NCBI RefSeq assembly: GCF_036365525.1
Contig: NC_090402.1
Location: forward strand, 9,584,009 to 9,648,008
DNA: 64,000 nt
From: Heterodontus francisci
Taxonomy: Eukaryota
Direction of reading: 5' to 3'
The translations under genes were made by a program, and so were the position numbers. Below the pieces are notes generated by a model that did not search any database, was not told the origin of the DNA, and was given only the letters and a program-made list of their open reading frames with translations. Every line of letters starts with the position of its first letter. Position 1 is the stretch's first letter. Below, piece after piece: positions 13,891 through 27,289 of the stretch.

Positions 13891-15789
13891 AGAATTGTAT
13901 ATATCAGAATACCTAAACTTGTGGGAGGTCTGAAGGTCCCTCAGGGGCTCCAGTTCCACGCAGGGCATGAGCTGCAAAGGAGGTAGCACAAAGACTCAGC
14001 TGTACTTTGTACCCATCCCTTCTGACATGACCGTTCATTCCAGATCACAGAGGGCAGCATTAAAACTGAAGTCTGTGCGCAAGATTTAACCTAGATAAGG
14101 GTTTGTATGCTTGTGTATATAGCTGTACAGTGATGTTGAGACTCTAGCATTGTGTTGATCTGAGATAGTGTGGCATAATTGTAGAGAAATTCCATGCGTT
14201 CATTATTGTTTATTATGGCTGTTTTCATCATTTAATTTCCAATCTAATGAGGTCCCATTTGGCGAGTTACATGGCCAGAGGGTGCACCATTAGACTCATT
14301 TTTTTACCCCTTAAACTTATTAACTTTTACCTAATTCTTTACTGAATTAACCTTCAGTACATGGAAACAGAACACATTATGAAAACCCCTGTGACTTTGG
14401 CACTGTCCAATTTCCAGGAAATAAACCAAATCACAAGGGACTTGTGTAGATGTATATTTTTTATAGGTAATGCAACAATACTTTCTCAGCACAGTTATCT
14501 AGAAACGACTGCAGTAAAGCTTATTGAAGCTTTTTTTTTTAAATGATCGAATAATACTTTGCATTCTTAATCAATGACTTTCAAACAATGAAACCTAATT
14601 CTCCTTTCCAATCCAAAATGAACAATGCTATTTTCTTGTCCAACCCAATAAAAGTCAAATGATTACAGTAGTTTGGAAAAGTATTTCTGCTCCTGTCCCT
14701 TGCTTGTGATTTGTTACGAGTACAATAGAGGGTTGGCAGGAAGTTGCAATGTAATTTGTTCAAGTGAATCTAATGGCATCATGCACTGGAAAGCTGCTTT
14801 TCGTTTTCTCCTCAGTTGCTCTCTCCAGAAGTGCTGGTCTCCTGTAGCTGGAAACCATGTTCACATAAGGCTGCTTACACCACAAGTCCAGGTGGGAATG
14901 GAGATGATTGAGTAATTACCCCGTCATTCACGCCTGGAGACCACACTGTCGTAATTGACTATGATTGATTTTACACACATAATTTGCATTATGTAACTAT
15001 TGCCCACTCACTGCATCTGACTGGAGAAATAACCCTGCTTTTATCGGGAGACTTTGCTGTAGTTTTGGACATGAGCTCTGATTGCTGTAGTTCATAGAGA
15101 CTATGTTTAATAATACTCTGTTTCTGTTTGTTGAACAAATAGACTCTGCTTTAAACTAGATTCTGTAGTAAAATACAATCTGCGGTAAAATAGACTGCTT
15201 GGTGTAAGTCCTACCGTAAGTCTTGCCCCACATCCAGATTATTGGCTGACATAGCGGCGACAATACTTACTGTGTTAACATAAACGAATAGAATTCGGTT
15301 TAATTCCACAGCAAGGAAGCTTTGTTTTTCTCTGCCGTCGGCCTGCAGCTGCAACAGTGAATTTCAGGGATATCATGGAATAAATATTTCCCAATTACAC
15401 TCCAAGTTTAGTGTCAGCGCAGTGCGGTGTGAATGCACTGTTTAAACACCACCAGCTTCTAGCTTCATACTTTACAACTGCATTTGATCAACATGGTGCC
15501 TGGTGAATTTTTGAAATTTGCATTTCACAGCCAAAGAGATGAAGGAGGAGGTTATGGCAGGAAATTGCTCCCTGACATGGTGGCATCAACAAACCTTCTG
15601 AACAAGCTATTCTGAAGTCTTTGGGAAAACTGGTGTCACCTATCCACTCCTTCCTGGTCTGTCGTGCCTTTGGTATATAGTCTTCAGTCTTGGTGTGTCA
15701 TGCACTTTGAGCCGGTTTTGATGGACCAATAAAAGGTCGAACAAATTTAAATGAAAATCAGCACAACAAGGGCCCCTTTTAAGGGTACC

Positions 15790-16390
15790 ACAAAGAGAAG
15801 ACAGAAACAGTACAGGGCATTGGTGAGGCCACACCTGGAGTACTGTGCACAGTTTTGGTCTCCTTAGCTAAGGAAGGTCATACTTGCCCTGGAGGCAGTG
15901 CAAGGAAGGTTGCACTAGACTGCTTCCTGGGATGAGGGGATTGTCCTATGAGGAGAAATTGAGTAGAATAAGCCTATATTCCCTGGAGTTTAGAAGAATG
16001 AGAGGTGATCTAATTGAAACATATAAAATTCTTAAGGGGCTTGACAGGGTTGATGCTGAGAAAATGTTTCCCCTGACTGGAGAATCTAGAACACAGGGTC
16101 ACAGTCTCAGGATAAGGGATCGGCCATTTAGGACTGAGATGAGGAGAAATTTCTTCACCCAGAGGGTTATGCATCTTTGGAATTCTCTACCCCAGAGAGC
16201 TGTGGATGCTCGGTTGTTGAGAATATTCAGGACAGAGTCGATAGATTTTTGGGTACTGATGGAATTAAGGGATATGCAGATAGTGCGGGAAGGTGGAGTT
16301 GAGGTCGATGATCAGCCATAATCTTGTTGAATGGCAGAGCAGGCTCGAAGGGCCAAATGGACGACTCCAGCTCCTATTTCTTATGTTCTT
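15790..16390 (+). mobile_element. CR1 LINE 3' fragment
   Basis: LVRPHLEYCAQFWSP...YSLEFRRMRGDLIETYKILKGLDRVD. Confidence 0.9.
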
Positions 16391-17035
16391 ACATATGGCC
16401 CAATCAAACTAAAGGAAGATCAACACAAACAAATAAATACCGACAAGAGGAAAGGGAACTCTCCTAATTAAATCATAACGTTGTTATCCATCGCCTATAA
16501 CATACAGTGTGGTGCCCATCAGTCATGAAAACCGTCAAGCACATCAGCAGACATTGCATGTTCCTTCTCCAAGGCCACCTGGACACGGAGAATACCCTGG
16601 AAGAGAAGTAGGCAGCTAGGACGACCACCCACCCCACCCCCTCACCAACAACCCCCCCCCCCCCCCCCCCAAAACCCTTAAGGCCCACATACATCCTGAA
16701 CCTGTAAATGGCCATCTCCACCAGGCCCAGGTCCTTGGATCTTCATTTCTCAGTACGACTTTTCCAAAACTCTGCTGCTCTGTATCCTAACTCACACCAG
16801 ATGAATCTCAATGCAAGCTTGAGGCACAGCAGTTCACCTTTCTATTAGGTACTCCACAGTCCTCTGGCATTAATATTGACTTGAACAACTTCAGAGTTGA
16901 ACGACAGCTCATGTTTTCTCACTGGTAGCAAGTGGTGATAATATAGGATGGTTGTGCCAATGTGTCCAGGGATTGAGGAGGGAGAAGGGGAGCAGGAAGT
17001 TGCTAGGATGGAACCACTCCCACTCTCGTCAGAAC

Positions 17036-17750
17036 ACTGCTGTCAGAGATGCCAGCTTTTGGATAAGAAGTTAAACCGAGGCCCCATCTGCTCTCTCAGG
17101 TGGATGTAACAAATCCCATGACATTATTTCGAAGAAGAGCTTTGGAGTTCTCCCCGGTGTCCGAGCCAATATTTATCCCTCAATGAACATCAGGCGACAC
17201 TATGTTGGAGCACTCATGTACAGTTGCCAATTAACTTAATGATCTTCTGAGAAAGCAGCTTAAATCCACGAAATGTAGACAACTGATGTCAATTGAATGT
17301 ACAATGTTTATCTTCCTCGATAGCACTCTTGTCTCTGAGTCAGAACATTGTGGGTCAAGTTCCCACTCCAGAACTTGAGCACAAAAATGAAGGCGGACAC
17401 TTCAGTGCAACACTGAGGGAGTGCTGCACTGTCGGAGCTGCCGTCTTTCAGATGAGACATTAAACTGAGGTCATGTGTGCCCTTTCAGGTGTACGAAAAG
17501 ATCGCAAGGCGCTATTCTGTAGAAGAGCAGGGGAGTTCTCCTCGGTGTCCAGGCCAATATTTCTTGCTCAATCAACATCCCTACAAACAAATTATCTGGT
17601 CATTATCACATTGCTGTTTGTGGGAGCTTGCTGTTCACAAATTGGCACAAATCACATATTTCTGACATAACTTCAAAAGTACTTAGTTTGCTATAAAGCA
17701 CTTTGGTACATCCTGATGTCATGAAAGGTTCTATATAAATGCAAGTCTTT
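17036..17750 (+). mobile_element. Composite DeuSINE: host copy containing an inverted duplicate of ~10880-11293
   Basis: SINE fragment 17036-17192, unique 125-bp flank, then a second SINE body. Confidence 0.75.
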
Positions 17751-19244
17751 CTTTTATAAACCATCATATGTTAAAACTAAATCTTAACGCTTTCATTTCT
17801 GACTGAAAAGGGAAAAATTCAATTTCACCGAATGCAACAAATAAACTTGTTCCTCTGCCTTTTTAAAAGCCTTTCTCCTCCAATTTTAAATGAGTCCAAG
17901 ATGTTAAGCCTGGTGCTTTGCGAAGTCCACAAGTGTGACATTTGGAGAACCTTGGACAGTCAGGCCATGCCACGTCGTAAATCAAGACATCGATTGTAAA
18001 TGATTAATTTATCCTTGATTAACGTAGCCTGCTAAATCTACAACCTAATTAATCAAAGCTGCTGCACACACAGAAATTCTTTGGCTAACTGTCCATTCAG
18101 GAGCATTTTTGGCACTGAGGAAACTGGCTCTATCGACCTGGAATGCGGCCATCAACAACAATATAAATAAGCAATCACCTGCCTTTACTCATTCAATCTT
18201 TTACAATTCAACCACATATCTCGCCATAGAATAACACTGGATTTCAGAAAGGCGTCTCTCACTCGTTATGGTAATATTTTCTCAAACACATTCCCCACCG
18301 ACAGTTTTCGTCCGGCCAGCAAAATTGCCCAGTTCAGAACTTAGCAGATATTGTTAGTCGAAATATCAATAAAATAAGCTTGACGAACTGTTTGCCATTT
18401 TATTAAATGTATCTACTGTAATCACATTTCCAGAACCTCAGCCCAAGTTATTTTTATAGGTAGAAAGGATTCTCTAATACTATGAGTGGCAACTTACACA
18501 CTAAAGCATTTGAAATGGGACATAGAGACAGATAGAGGCAATAGAGACAGAATAAGTTAGGAGATTCAAAGAGATATCAAATGGAACAATAATTGCTTGA
18601 TTGCATGTTAGCCCCGGAGGGGAAGAAACGTAAATTTTATCAGTCACACAGAGATTTAACTTTTTACCTAATATACATGTTCCTCAGTCAGGTCTCATTT
18701 CTCTGCTCAGTTGCCTTGTTGATCTAAGCCACAAGAGTTGTCATCATGAATTCTCCCTTTCTGGGAAGGATTCTGTGGGGAGCATGACGTTGCTGTAGAT
18801 TCAAAAGCTTCTACTTGAAAACCTGATTTCCCCTTAGCACCCCCCCCCCCTCCCCACTCCCTCCCAAAACGTCATTTTTGTTTAAAACAAAATTACAAAA
18901 TGAGAACTGATGCTCGCTGGGACTGTACACAGGAAGTCGGAGTCCCCAGTTACATAATTTACCTGCCGTTCTTCCAGGGAAAACGAAGTCAAACCGCCTC
19001 AGTAAGTTAGCTCTGAGAGCAAGAAGCAGCTGAGAAATATTCAAAGGAGGGAAGAGTGAGTAATATAGTGACTTCACCATCAGGATTTCACTCTGAAAAT
19101 GTAGGAACAGTTTCACACAAGTAAACTATTTAATGAATACAAATATAAGTTTGTTTGAACGAAAAAGGTGGCACTCCTTCAGGTCTTCCATTGATCCAGG
19201 TTTTTAAAATCCAACGAATACAATTTTGATTTATCTTGACTTGG

Positions 19245-19912
19245 GCGCCTAATTCATGCGGACATTCCCAGTGAGGTACGGAGGGAGTTCTCATCTTTGG
19301 GATGAGACATTGAAGCAAGGATCTGTTCTCTCAGGTGGCCACAAAAGATCCCATGGAACTATTTTGAAGAAGAGCAGGGGAGTTATTTATCCCTCAATCA
19401 ACATCACTAAAACAAATGATCTGCCCATGATCTCATCTCTAGGCGGCACAGTGGCGCAGTGGTTAGCAACGCAGCCTCACAGCTCCAGTGACCTGGGTTC
19501 AGCTCTGGGTCACGCCTGTGCAGAGTCTGCAAGTTCTCCCTGTGACCGTGTGGGTTTCCACCGGGTGCTCTGGTTTCCTCCTACAGCCAAAGACTTGCAG
19601 GTTGATAAGTAAATTAGTCATTGTAAATTGCCCCTAGTGTAGGTAGGTGGTAGGAGAATGGTAGGGAATATGGGATTAATGTAGGATTAGTATAAATGGG
19701 TGGTTGTTGGTCAGCACAGACTTGGTGGGCCAAAGGGCCTGTTTCAGTGCTGTGTCACTCAATGACTATTTGTGGAAGCTTGCTATACACAAACTGGTTG
19801 CTGCATTTCCTACATTACAACAGAGACCACACTTCAGGAATAGTATTAATTGGCTGTAAAATGCCTTGGGACGTCTTGAGGTTGTGAAAGGCAGTATATA
19901 AATGCAACTGGT
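19245..19912 (+). mobile_element. DeuSINE with nested HE1-type V-SINE (19442-19768)
   Basis: HE1 head ggcggcacagtggcgcagtggttagc, V-domain gcgtgggtttc...ggtttcctcc, CR1-like tail; host SINE resumes afterwards. Confidence 0.8.
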
Positions 19913-20529
19913 ACTTTCTTGTTATTGTCAAATTAGGAGCAGTTTTATGTAGTGATCTGTGTGTGACGTGGCCTCTTTGATTTACTTATGTTCGAGCTAA
20001 GATTCCACACATCCTGCGTCCCGATTCAGCAAAGAGAACAAGGGAGTGAATTTAAATATTTCTGTTCCAGCAGTGCGAGCTGGGTGTATTATTAAGTCCA
20101 CTTGGGCTTGTTTTATATTTCGGTTTTACTTGAATCCTCATGCCTCTTGGACTTGTGCTGCAATGTATTAGGAGCTGCTCCACAGGTTTGTGTTAGGATA
20201 GTAATTTGGGAGACCAAGAAGGTTATCACACAGCTGTAACAAAATAATGTACTTCCCTTTCTGCATCTCAAGAGTATAAAAGCATCACTGTAAAAACATC
20301 TCCGAGATAGAAAAGTGGCCAAGAATCTGCTTTATGGTGTCCTCAGTGTGTCATGCCAGGATCAATATTTTCACACCTAGCATTGGAAAATTACACCATT
20401 TCTTTGCTGCATCTTTTGCCTGCTTTTAGCTACTAGGACTTGTCAACACAGAATAACATTAACTCCGTTAGCTCCAGGATTAAGTCACATGCTACAGCTG
20501 CTGATGTAAAATAGACCCTGGTAATAGCC

Positions 20530-20812
20530 CCTGCAGTACAGGGCCCTGCCTTATAACTCCTGCACCACAGAGCTCTGGCTTGTAATTCCTGCACCACTGG
20601 GCCCTGCCCTTCCTGTACCACAGGGCCCTAGCTTGTAACTCCTGCACCATAGAGCCCTGGCTTGTATCTCCTGCACCACTGGGCCCTGCCCTTCCTGCAC
20701 CACAGGGCCCTGGCTTGTAACTCCTGCACCACAGAGCCCTGGCTTGTACCTCCTGCACCACAGGTTCCTGCCTTGTAACTTCAGCACCACAGGGTGCTGG
20801 TTTGTATCTGCT
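20530..20812. repeat. Minisatellite, 29/24-bp units (cctgcaccacagggccctggcttgtaact)
   Basis: About 10 visible tandem units. Confidence 0.9.
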
Positions 20813-21419
20813 GCTGTAATTGATGTCTCCAACTTAAAAAAACTAAAATAAAGTAAATTGCCTTTTTTTTAATATACTGCCTATGGCAGTTGACTCCATA
20901 CCCATCCTGTAGTTGCATTTGATGTGCCCAACATCTGTAGTAGTTAATCACATAGAATTAGAATCTAGATCATAATTCTCCATCCATTGGTGTGCAGTGT
21001 AAACATTTTCTAATATTTATTCAACTTCCTTACAGGGGAAGATCTGTCCATGATTAAAATACTCGTATTTTAGAGAAGGAAATAATGCACATACAAAAAA
21101 CTTTCTTTAATGCTTCAAAAAAGCAAGCCAATTTTCCTACATAAATGAAGACCCTTAAGTTGGATCTCCTTCACTTGCTATGACGCTCTGTGATGTCATC
21201 AACAGGGCATTCTCCACCTTTTGAGAGCACCTCCACTGAAAACAGCAGGCCTTAGGCTTCAGAGACTCCAGACCCCAGGAAACCATGCTGTTGGTTGGGA
21301 AAGCCCTCAACATAATCTATGCCACTTATCCTTTTTTTTTAAATTTAATAAGGTTCACCAACTTGACAAATAAACTTAACTTTAGATTGCTATAGTACTT
21401 GCCTTTTGTGTGCACAGGT

Positions 21420-21930
21420 AGCTGACTGTCGCACTTTAGGAAGGATGTCAAGGCCATGGAGAATGTGCAGAGGAAATTTACTAGAATGGTACCAGGGAGG
21501 AAAAACTTCAATTACTTGGAGAGACTGGGGTTGTTCTCTTTAGAGCAGAAAAGGTTAAAGGGAGATTTGATAGACGTATTCAATTCATGAAGGATCTTGA
21601 CAGAGTAAATAATGAGAAGCTGTTTCCAGTGGAAGAAATGTTGGTAACCAGATTTAAGGTGATTGACAAAAGAACCAGAAGCAACACGAGGAAGACAAAT
21701 TCTACACAGTGACTTGTTATGATCCGGAATGCACAGCCTTGAAAGGGCAGTGGAAGGAGATTCAATAGTAGCTTTCAAAAGGGAATTGGATAAATTCTTG
21801 AAGGGGAAAAAAAATTGTAGGGCTATGAGGGGAAGAGCAGAGGAGTGAGATTAATTGGATAGGTCTTTCACAGAGCCAGCACAGGCACGATGGGCTGAAT
21901 GACCTCCTACTGTGCTGTATCATTCAATGA
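21420..21930 (+). mobile_element. CR1 LINE 3' fragment
   Basis: aggaaggatgtcaaggcc...agaaaaggttaaagggagatttgataga; CR1 tail. Confidence 0.85.
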
Positions 21931-22849
21931 TCCTAGCCTGGCATACGATGCATTGAATTATTGTCTGTAGGTAAAAGGTTCAAATCCCTTGCAGCACAGG
22001 ATGATCAGTAGGGTTAATCCAGTCCTGGTCAACGGTGTGAACATCTGAATTAGTTTACTCCACAGACACCAGCTAGACAAAACTGTCAAAGGTGAAAATA
22101 CAAAAGCCTAACCATAACACCAAATGGCAAGCTGACTCTTTCCACACAAAAATATAGAGCGTTACAGAGAAGTAACTGTTCAGGGGGTGAGCAATATATC
22201 ATCACTTACATGTAATTTTACAAGAGGGATAAACAACCTACACTCGCTAACTCTTGATCCAGGTAAGGTAAAAGATTCCAAAAGCCTGAGGCATTTTCTG
22301 CACAATCTAAGTGCGAGGCCATCTGCACCAGGGAGGAAATGGCTGCTTTAAAATTCCTATGCTTCTGAGAGGCATCTGTACAGAATCCAGCCTCATCCTC
22401 ATCCTCCAGAGCCAGTCCACGAAACCATACTGAGCAATTCACAACATCAGCCTCACCTCCCCAGTACCAAGGATCACTAGCTATTGTTACTAAAATATGA
22501 ATAATATAAGCTGATTTCCATGACATTACACATGGAAAACCAACCTCCTTTCAGTCTCAGCCCCCTTCTCTCTCTCTCTCAAAGCTGTCCCCCTCAAACC
22601 CTAACCCAACTTCTTCTGTCAACACACTTCTCTCTCTCTCAAAACCCTCTCTTTATCTCTCAACTCGCCCCTACCCTTTGTACCTCTTAACTCACCCCTT
22701 CTCTCTTTTAACTCCTTTCTCACTCAAACCCCCTCCCACTTATCCTTCCTTCTCTCTTTATTTTAACTCTTTCTCTCTCAACCTTTTTCTTAACCTTCTC
22801 TCAGCCCACCTATCACTCGAACCTCTCTCACTCTCATTCATTTTTTAAA

Positions 22850-24925
22850 AATTCATTTATGCGATGTGGGCTCACTATGCCAGCATTTCTTGCCCATTCC
22901 TAATTGCCCTTGAGAAGGTGGTGGTGAGCTGCCTTTTTGAACTGCTGCAGTCCTTGGGGTGTAGTCACATGCACAGTGCTGTTAGGATGGGAGTTCCAGG
23001 ATTTTGACGCAGCAACAGTGAAGGAATGGCAATATATTTCCAAGTCAGGGTGGTGTGTGGCTTGGAAGGGAACTTGCAGGTGGTGGTGTTCCCATGCATC
23101 TGCTGCCCTTGTCCTTCTAGGTGGTTGAGATCATGGGTTTGGAAGGTGCTGTTGAAGGAGCTTTGGTGAGATGCTGCAGCGCACCTTGTAGATGGTACAC
23201 GCTACTGCCACTGTGCATCATGCTCTGAAATGAGAGCAGGGGGGAGTGCTTGGGGTCATGCTCTCATGCCCTCATCTCTGTCCTGGGATTGCTGCCGTGT
23301 TCCAGTGAACATCAACGCAAGTTCGAGGAACAGCATCTCATTTACCAATTAGGCACACTATAGCCTGCCAGACTGAACATTGAGTTCAATCATTTCAGAG
23401 CATGACAGGCCCCCATTTTAATTTTTATTTTTAGTTATTTTTTCTTTTTTCTTTTTTATGTGTTTATTTTATTTTACTTTGTTTAGTTTGTTTCTACTGT
23501 GCCGACCCACTGTTTTTTCCTATTTGTGCTTTGGGCCAGGCTGTTCAGTTTTCTGTCAATTAACACCCTCTCTGTACTAATGCTTTGTCTTTCAGCACAC
23601 CATTAACATACCATTTGCCTTTGCTCCATGACCTTTTGGTCAGTTATTCTCTGTGACCTTGTCCTTCTCTTTTGTTATCTCTTGCCCCATCCCTGCTTTA
23701 CTTGCTTAAAACCTATTACATTTCTGGCCCTGCCAGTTCTGAAGAAGGGTCATTGATCTGAAACGTTAACTCTGCTTCTTTCTCCACAGATGCTGCCAGA
23801 CCTGCTGAGTATTTCCAGCATTTTTTGTTTCTATTTCGGATTTCCAGCATCTGCAGTATTTTGCTTTTATATAGTATTACATCATAGTCCTGACTTGTGC
23901 CTTGTCGATGGTGGACAGGCTTTGGGGAGACTGGAGGTGAGTTACTCGCCACAGAATTCCTAGCCTCTAATCTGCTGTTGTAGCCACAGCATTTATGTGG
24001 CTGGTCCAGTTAAATTTCTGGTCAATGATGACCCCCAAGATGTTGATAGTGGGGGATTCACCGATGGTAATACCATTGAACATTAAGGGGAGATGGTTTG
24101 ATTGTCTCTTGTTGGACATCCCCACTTCTGACCTTATAATGGAAGGTAGGTCATTGATAAAGCATCTGAAGATGGTTGGGCTTAGGACACTACCCTGAGG
24201 AACTCCTGCAGTGATGTACTGGGACTGAGATGATTGACCTCCAACAGCCACAACCATCTTCCTTTGCGCTAGGTATGACTGCAACCAGCAGAGCGTTTTC
24301 CCCCTGATTCCCATTGACTCCAGTTTTGCGAGGGCTCCTTGATGCCATACTCAGTCAAATGCTGCCTTGATGTCAAGGGCAGTCACTCTCACCTCACATC
24401 TGGAGTTCAGCTCTTTTGTCCATGTTTGGACCAAGGCTGTAATGAGGTCAGTAGCTGAGTGGCCCTGGCAGAATCCAAACTGAGCGTCACTGAGCAGGTT
24501 ATTGCTGCGCAAGTGCCGCTTGATAGCACTGTCGATGACCCCTTCCATCACTTTTCCGATGATTGAGAGTAGACTGATAGGGCGGTAATTGGCAGGGTTG
24601 GATTTGTCCTGCTTTTTGTGGACAGGACATACCTGGGCAATTTTCCACATTGCCGGGTAGATGCCAGTGTTGTGGCTGTACTGGAACAGCTTGGCTAGGG
24701 GTGTGGCCAGTTCTGGAGCACAAGTGTTCAGTACTATTGTGAGAATGTTGTCAGGTCCCATAACCTTTGCAGTACCCGTGCCTTCAGTCGTTCCTTGATA
24801 TCACGTGGAGTGAATCGGATTGACTGAAGACCATCTGTGATGCTGGGGACCTCAGGAGGAGGCTGAGATGGATCATCCACTCAGCACTTCTAGCTGAAGA
24901 TGGATGCAAATGCTTCAGCCTTGTC
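22850..24925 (-). mobile_element. CR1/L2-group LINE relic (RT region and 3' end), interrupted by a Penelope fragment
   Basis: GPDNI...NPANYRPISLLS...QFGF...ALDIKAAFD and GVPQGSVLSP...INDL RT motifs. Confidence 0.9.
23262..23868 (+). mobile_element. Penelope-like element 3' end with terminal repeat
   Basis: Matches the GIY-YIG end at 43150-43296 (gaggaacagcatctcattt...), followed by the terminal-repeat motif. Confidence 0.85.
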
Positions 24926-25549
24926 TTTCTGTCTTGCTCTAATCCAACCCTTCTCTCTCTCTCACCCTCTGCTCACTCTCCACCCCACTTTTTTTTCGCA
25001 ACCTCTTATTCTCTGTCTCTCTCAATCCCAGTTTCTCTCCCAACCTCCTGCAACTTCACACATTCTCAAACCGTTTTTTTCAGTTCTCCTTCAGCTTTCA
25101 GTCCTTTAGATTCCCTTCCTATCTGTTTTCCTCAAAGAAGCTGTGTTTATTTTTTTAAATGCAATGTGAAGAAAAATCAAATTAGAATGAGGAAAGAATC
25201 TATTTGCCTCTATTTGTATCTTTTGCTCTATCTCTCTCCCTCCATGTCATTAGTGTTAGACTTTAGAATATCTATCTGATATGTAAGCTGTTAACATTCA
25301 CTTTTTCTGTCAACAAAAGTAGTTTGCAATGTTCAGCTGGCTTCAAAATTCAACTGGCGTTTTTTAAATTGAATATCAGTATGAACAAAGACACTCTTTC
25401 GCCCTCTCTCTCTCTCCTCTCTTGCTCCATTGTCTCTCACCCCTCCCTCTTTCTATCTGACAGCTTAATACACTTTCTGAAGTTCATAGAACACAAAAAG
25501 CTACAACCAGTGTGGTAATTAGCACACAAGCAAAAGACTGTGGATGCTT

Positions 25550-25930
25550 TTTAAAAATTCTTTCATGGGATGCAGGCATCGCTGGCAAAGCCAGCATTTA
25601 GTGCCCATCCCTAATTGCACTTGTACTGAATGGCTTGCTAGGCCATTTCAGAGGACATTTAAGATTCAATCACATTACCGTGGGTCTGGAATCACATGCA
25701 GACCAGGTAAGGACAGCAGATTTCCTTTCCTAAAGGACATTAGTGAACCAGATGGGTTTTTGCAACCATCAACAATGGTTTCGTGGTCACCATTAGACTA
25801 GCTTTCAATTCCAGATTTTTATTAATTGAATTCAAATTTCACCATCTGCTGTGGTGGGATTTGAACCCAGAGCATTAGCCTAGATCTCTGGATTACTAGT
25901 CCAGTGACATTACCACTATGCCACTGCCTC
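25550..25930 (-). mobile_element. tRNA-headed SINE-like element
   Basis: Head ggcatagtggtaatgtcactggactagtaatccagag...ggttcaaatccc; LINE-like tail. Confidence 0.8.
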
Positions 25931-25941
25931 CTGAAAAATCT

Positions 25942-26112
25942 GTAATAAGAACAGAAAATGCTGGAAATATTCTGTCGGTCAGACAGCTTCTTTGGAGAGA
26001 GAAACAGAGTTCTCAGTTCTGATGCAAGGTCACAAACCTGAAACATTAAATCTGTTTCTCTCTCCACAGATGCTGCCTGACCTGCTGAGTTTTACCAGCA
26101 ACTTCTGTTTTC
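25942..26112. mobile_element. Penelope terminal repeat, palindromic
   Basis: Inverted arms of the cagatgctgcc...cctgctgag motif. Confidence 0.7.
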
Positions 26113-27289
26113 CTTTGCAATTGGTACGCTGCATTTTTCTCATTCTCATACACGCACTCATTGACGCTACTCCTGTGGGAAAAAAACACTCAATTTAAAT
26201 TTCAAATCAAACTTGTAAAATCTTCCTTTGTTAAAAAAGGGAAGCATTTGAAGGTAGGCTCCAAGCTGAGGAAAAGTATTGCATCTGTACAGTAAACTGC
26301 ACAGTCCCAGGAGTGAATATCCCTCAGATGCTCAGCGTGTACAATCCAACCACTCACCAAGCTGCAAAAATAATCATCCCAATTTTAACTCCGTGCAGTT
26401 GAATGGTTTTTGTTTGAGTTAAAATCTCACCCAACTACTCCAAGCCCAAGCCTTTGGGAGCAGCTGAAGCCTTTAAGTGTAAAATTTAATGAAGGGATTA
26501 AAGGATCCAGGTAGAGGTAATCATGCTTTTGTGAAATACATAATTTTAGATTTTAAAAAATTTCAATCCTTTATTTTGGACATGAGAAATTTTAGATATC
26601 GAGGAGAAAAATGGGCAGGGGGTGGCATTCTTTGGCCAGATTATGCAATCAGAGTGATGAGTTTGTTTACATAGACATTTTCTGTTAAAAATGTGGTTAT
26701 GGAAATTTATATTGGGGGAAAAACTGGTAGAAAAATAGTGAGAAAAAACATGACAAGAATATTTGAAGTGTCACAGGCTGAAAGCGCACTCAGACATGAG
26801 AGTTCTACAGACAGATGCAGCTTCACTGAAGCATCTGTCAATGCAGATCGGTATTAATACCAGGCTCTAAGAGCATTGCTTTGACTTAGCTCAACTCCTG
26901 CCACCATACCCACCCCCATCACTGCACTGCACAGTACAAATGAAAAATACCATGTCTTCAGGGCTTTACAAAACCAGCCACATTTCCCAGAGCAAATACC
27001 TTAGAGCTTTCCCAGATCAGCATTATCCCCTTTAGCTGAGATGAGCAACAATACCAAGCATTTTCAGCTTTGTCAGAACAACCAAATCCCCCAACCGGAG
27101 ATTCACAATGTTATCAGGTATTTCAAGGTTTACTGGACCAGCCTCGTTCCCCAAAGCAGCTTAAAGGAGACAACAGATCCCCAGACCTTTCGCAAATCAG
27201 AATTATATCCCAGTGCATGTTAGAATCACTATTTAACATTTACTGTTTTACCGGCAACTACAGTCTTGTATAGGACTGCTTCAGTGAAA

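Noticed and set aside
20433-20832. Repetitive ORFs or a CRISPR-like array
   Set aside because: Head-to-tail minisatellite with no unique spacers, in a eukaryotic context.
22218-22526. 102-aa acidic ORF
   Set aside because: No recognisable homology or convincing splice context.
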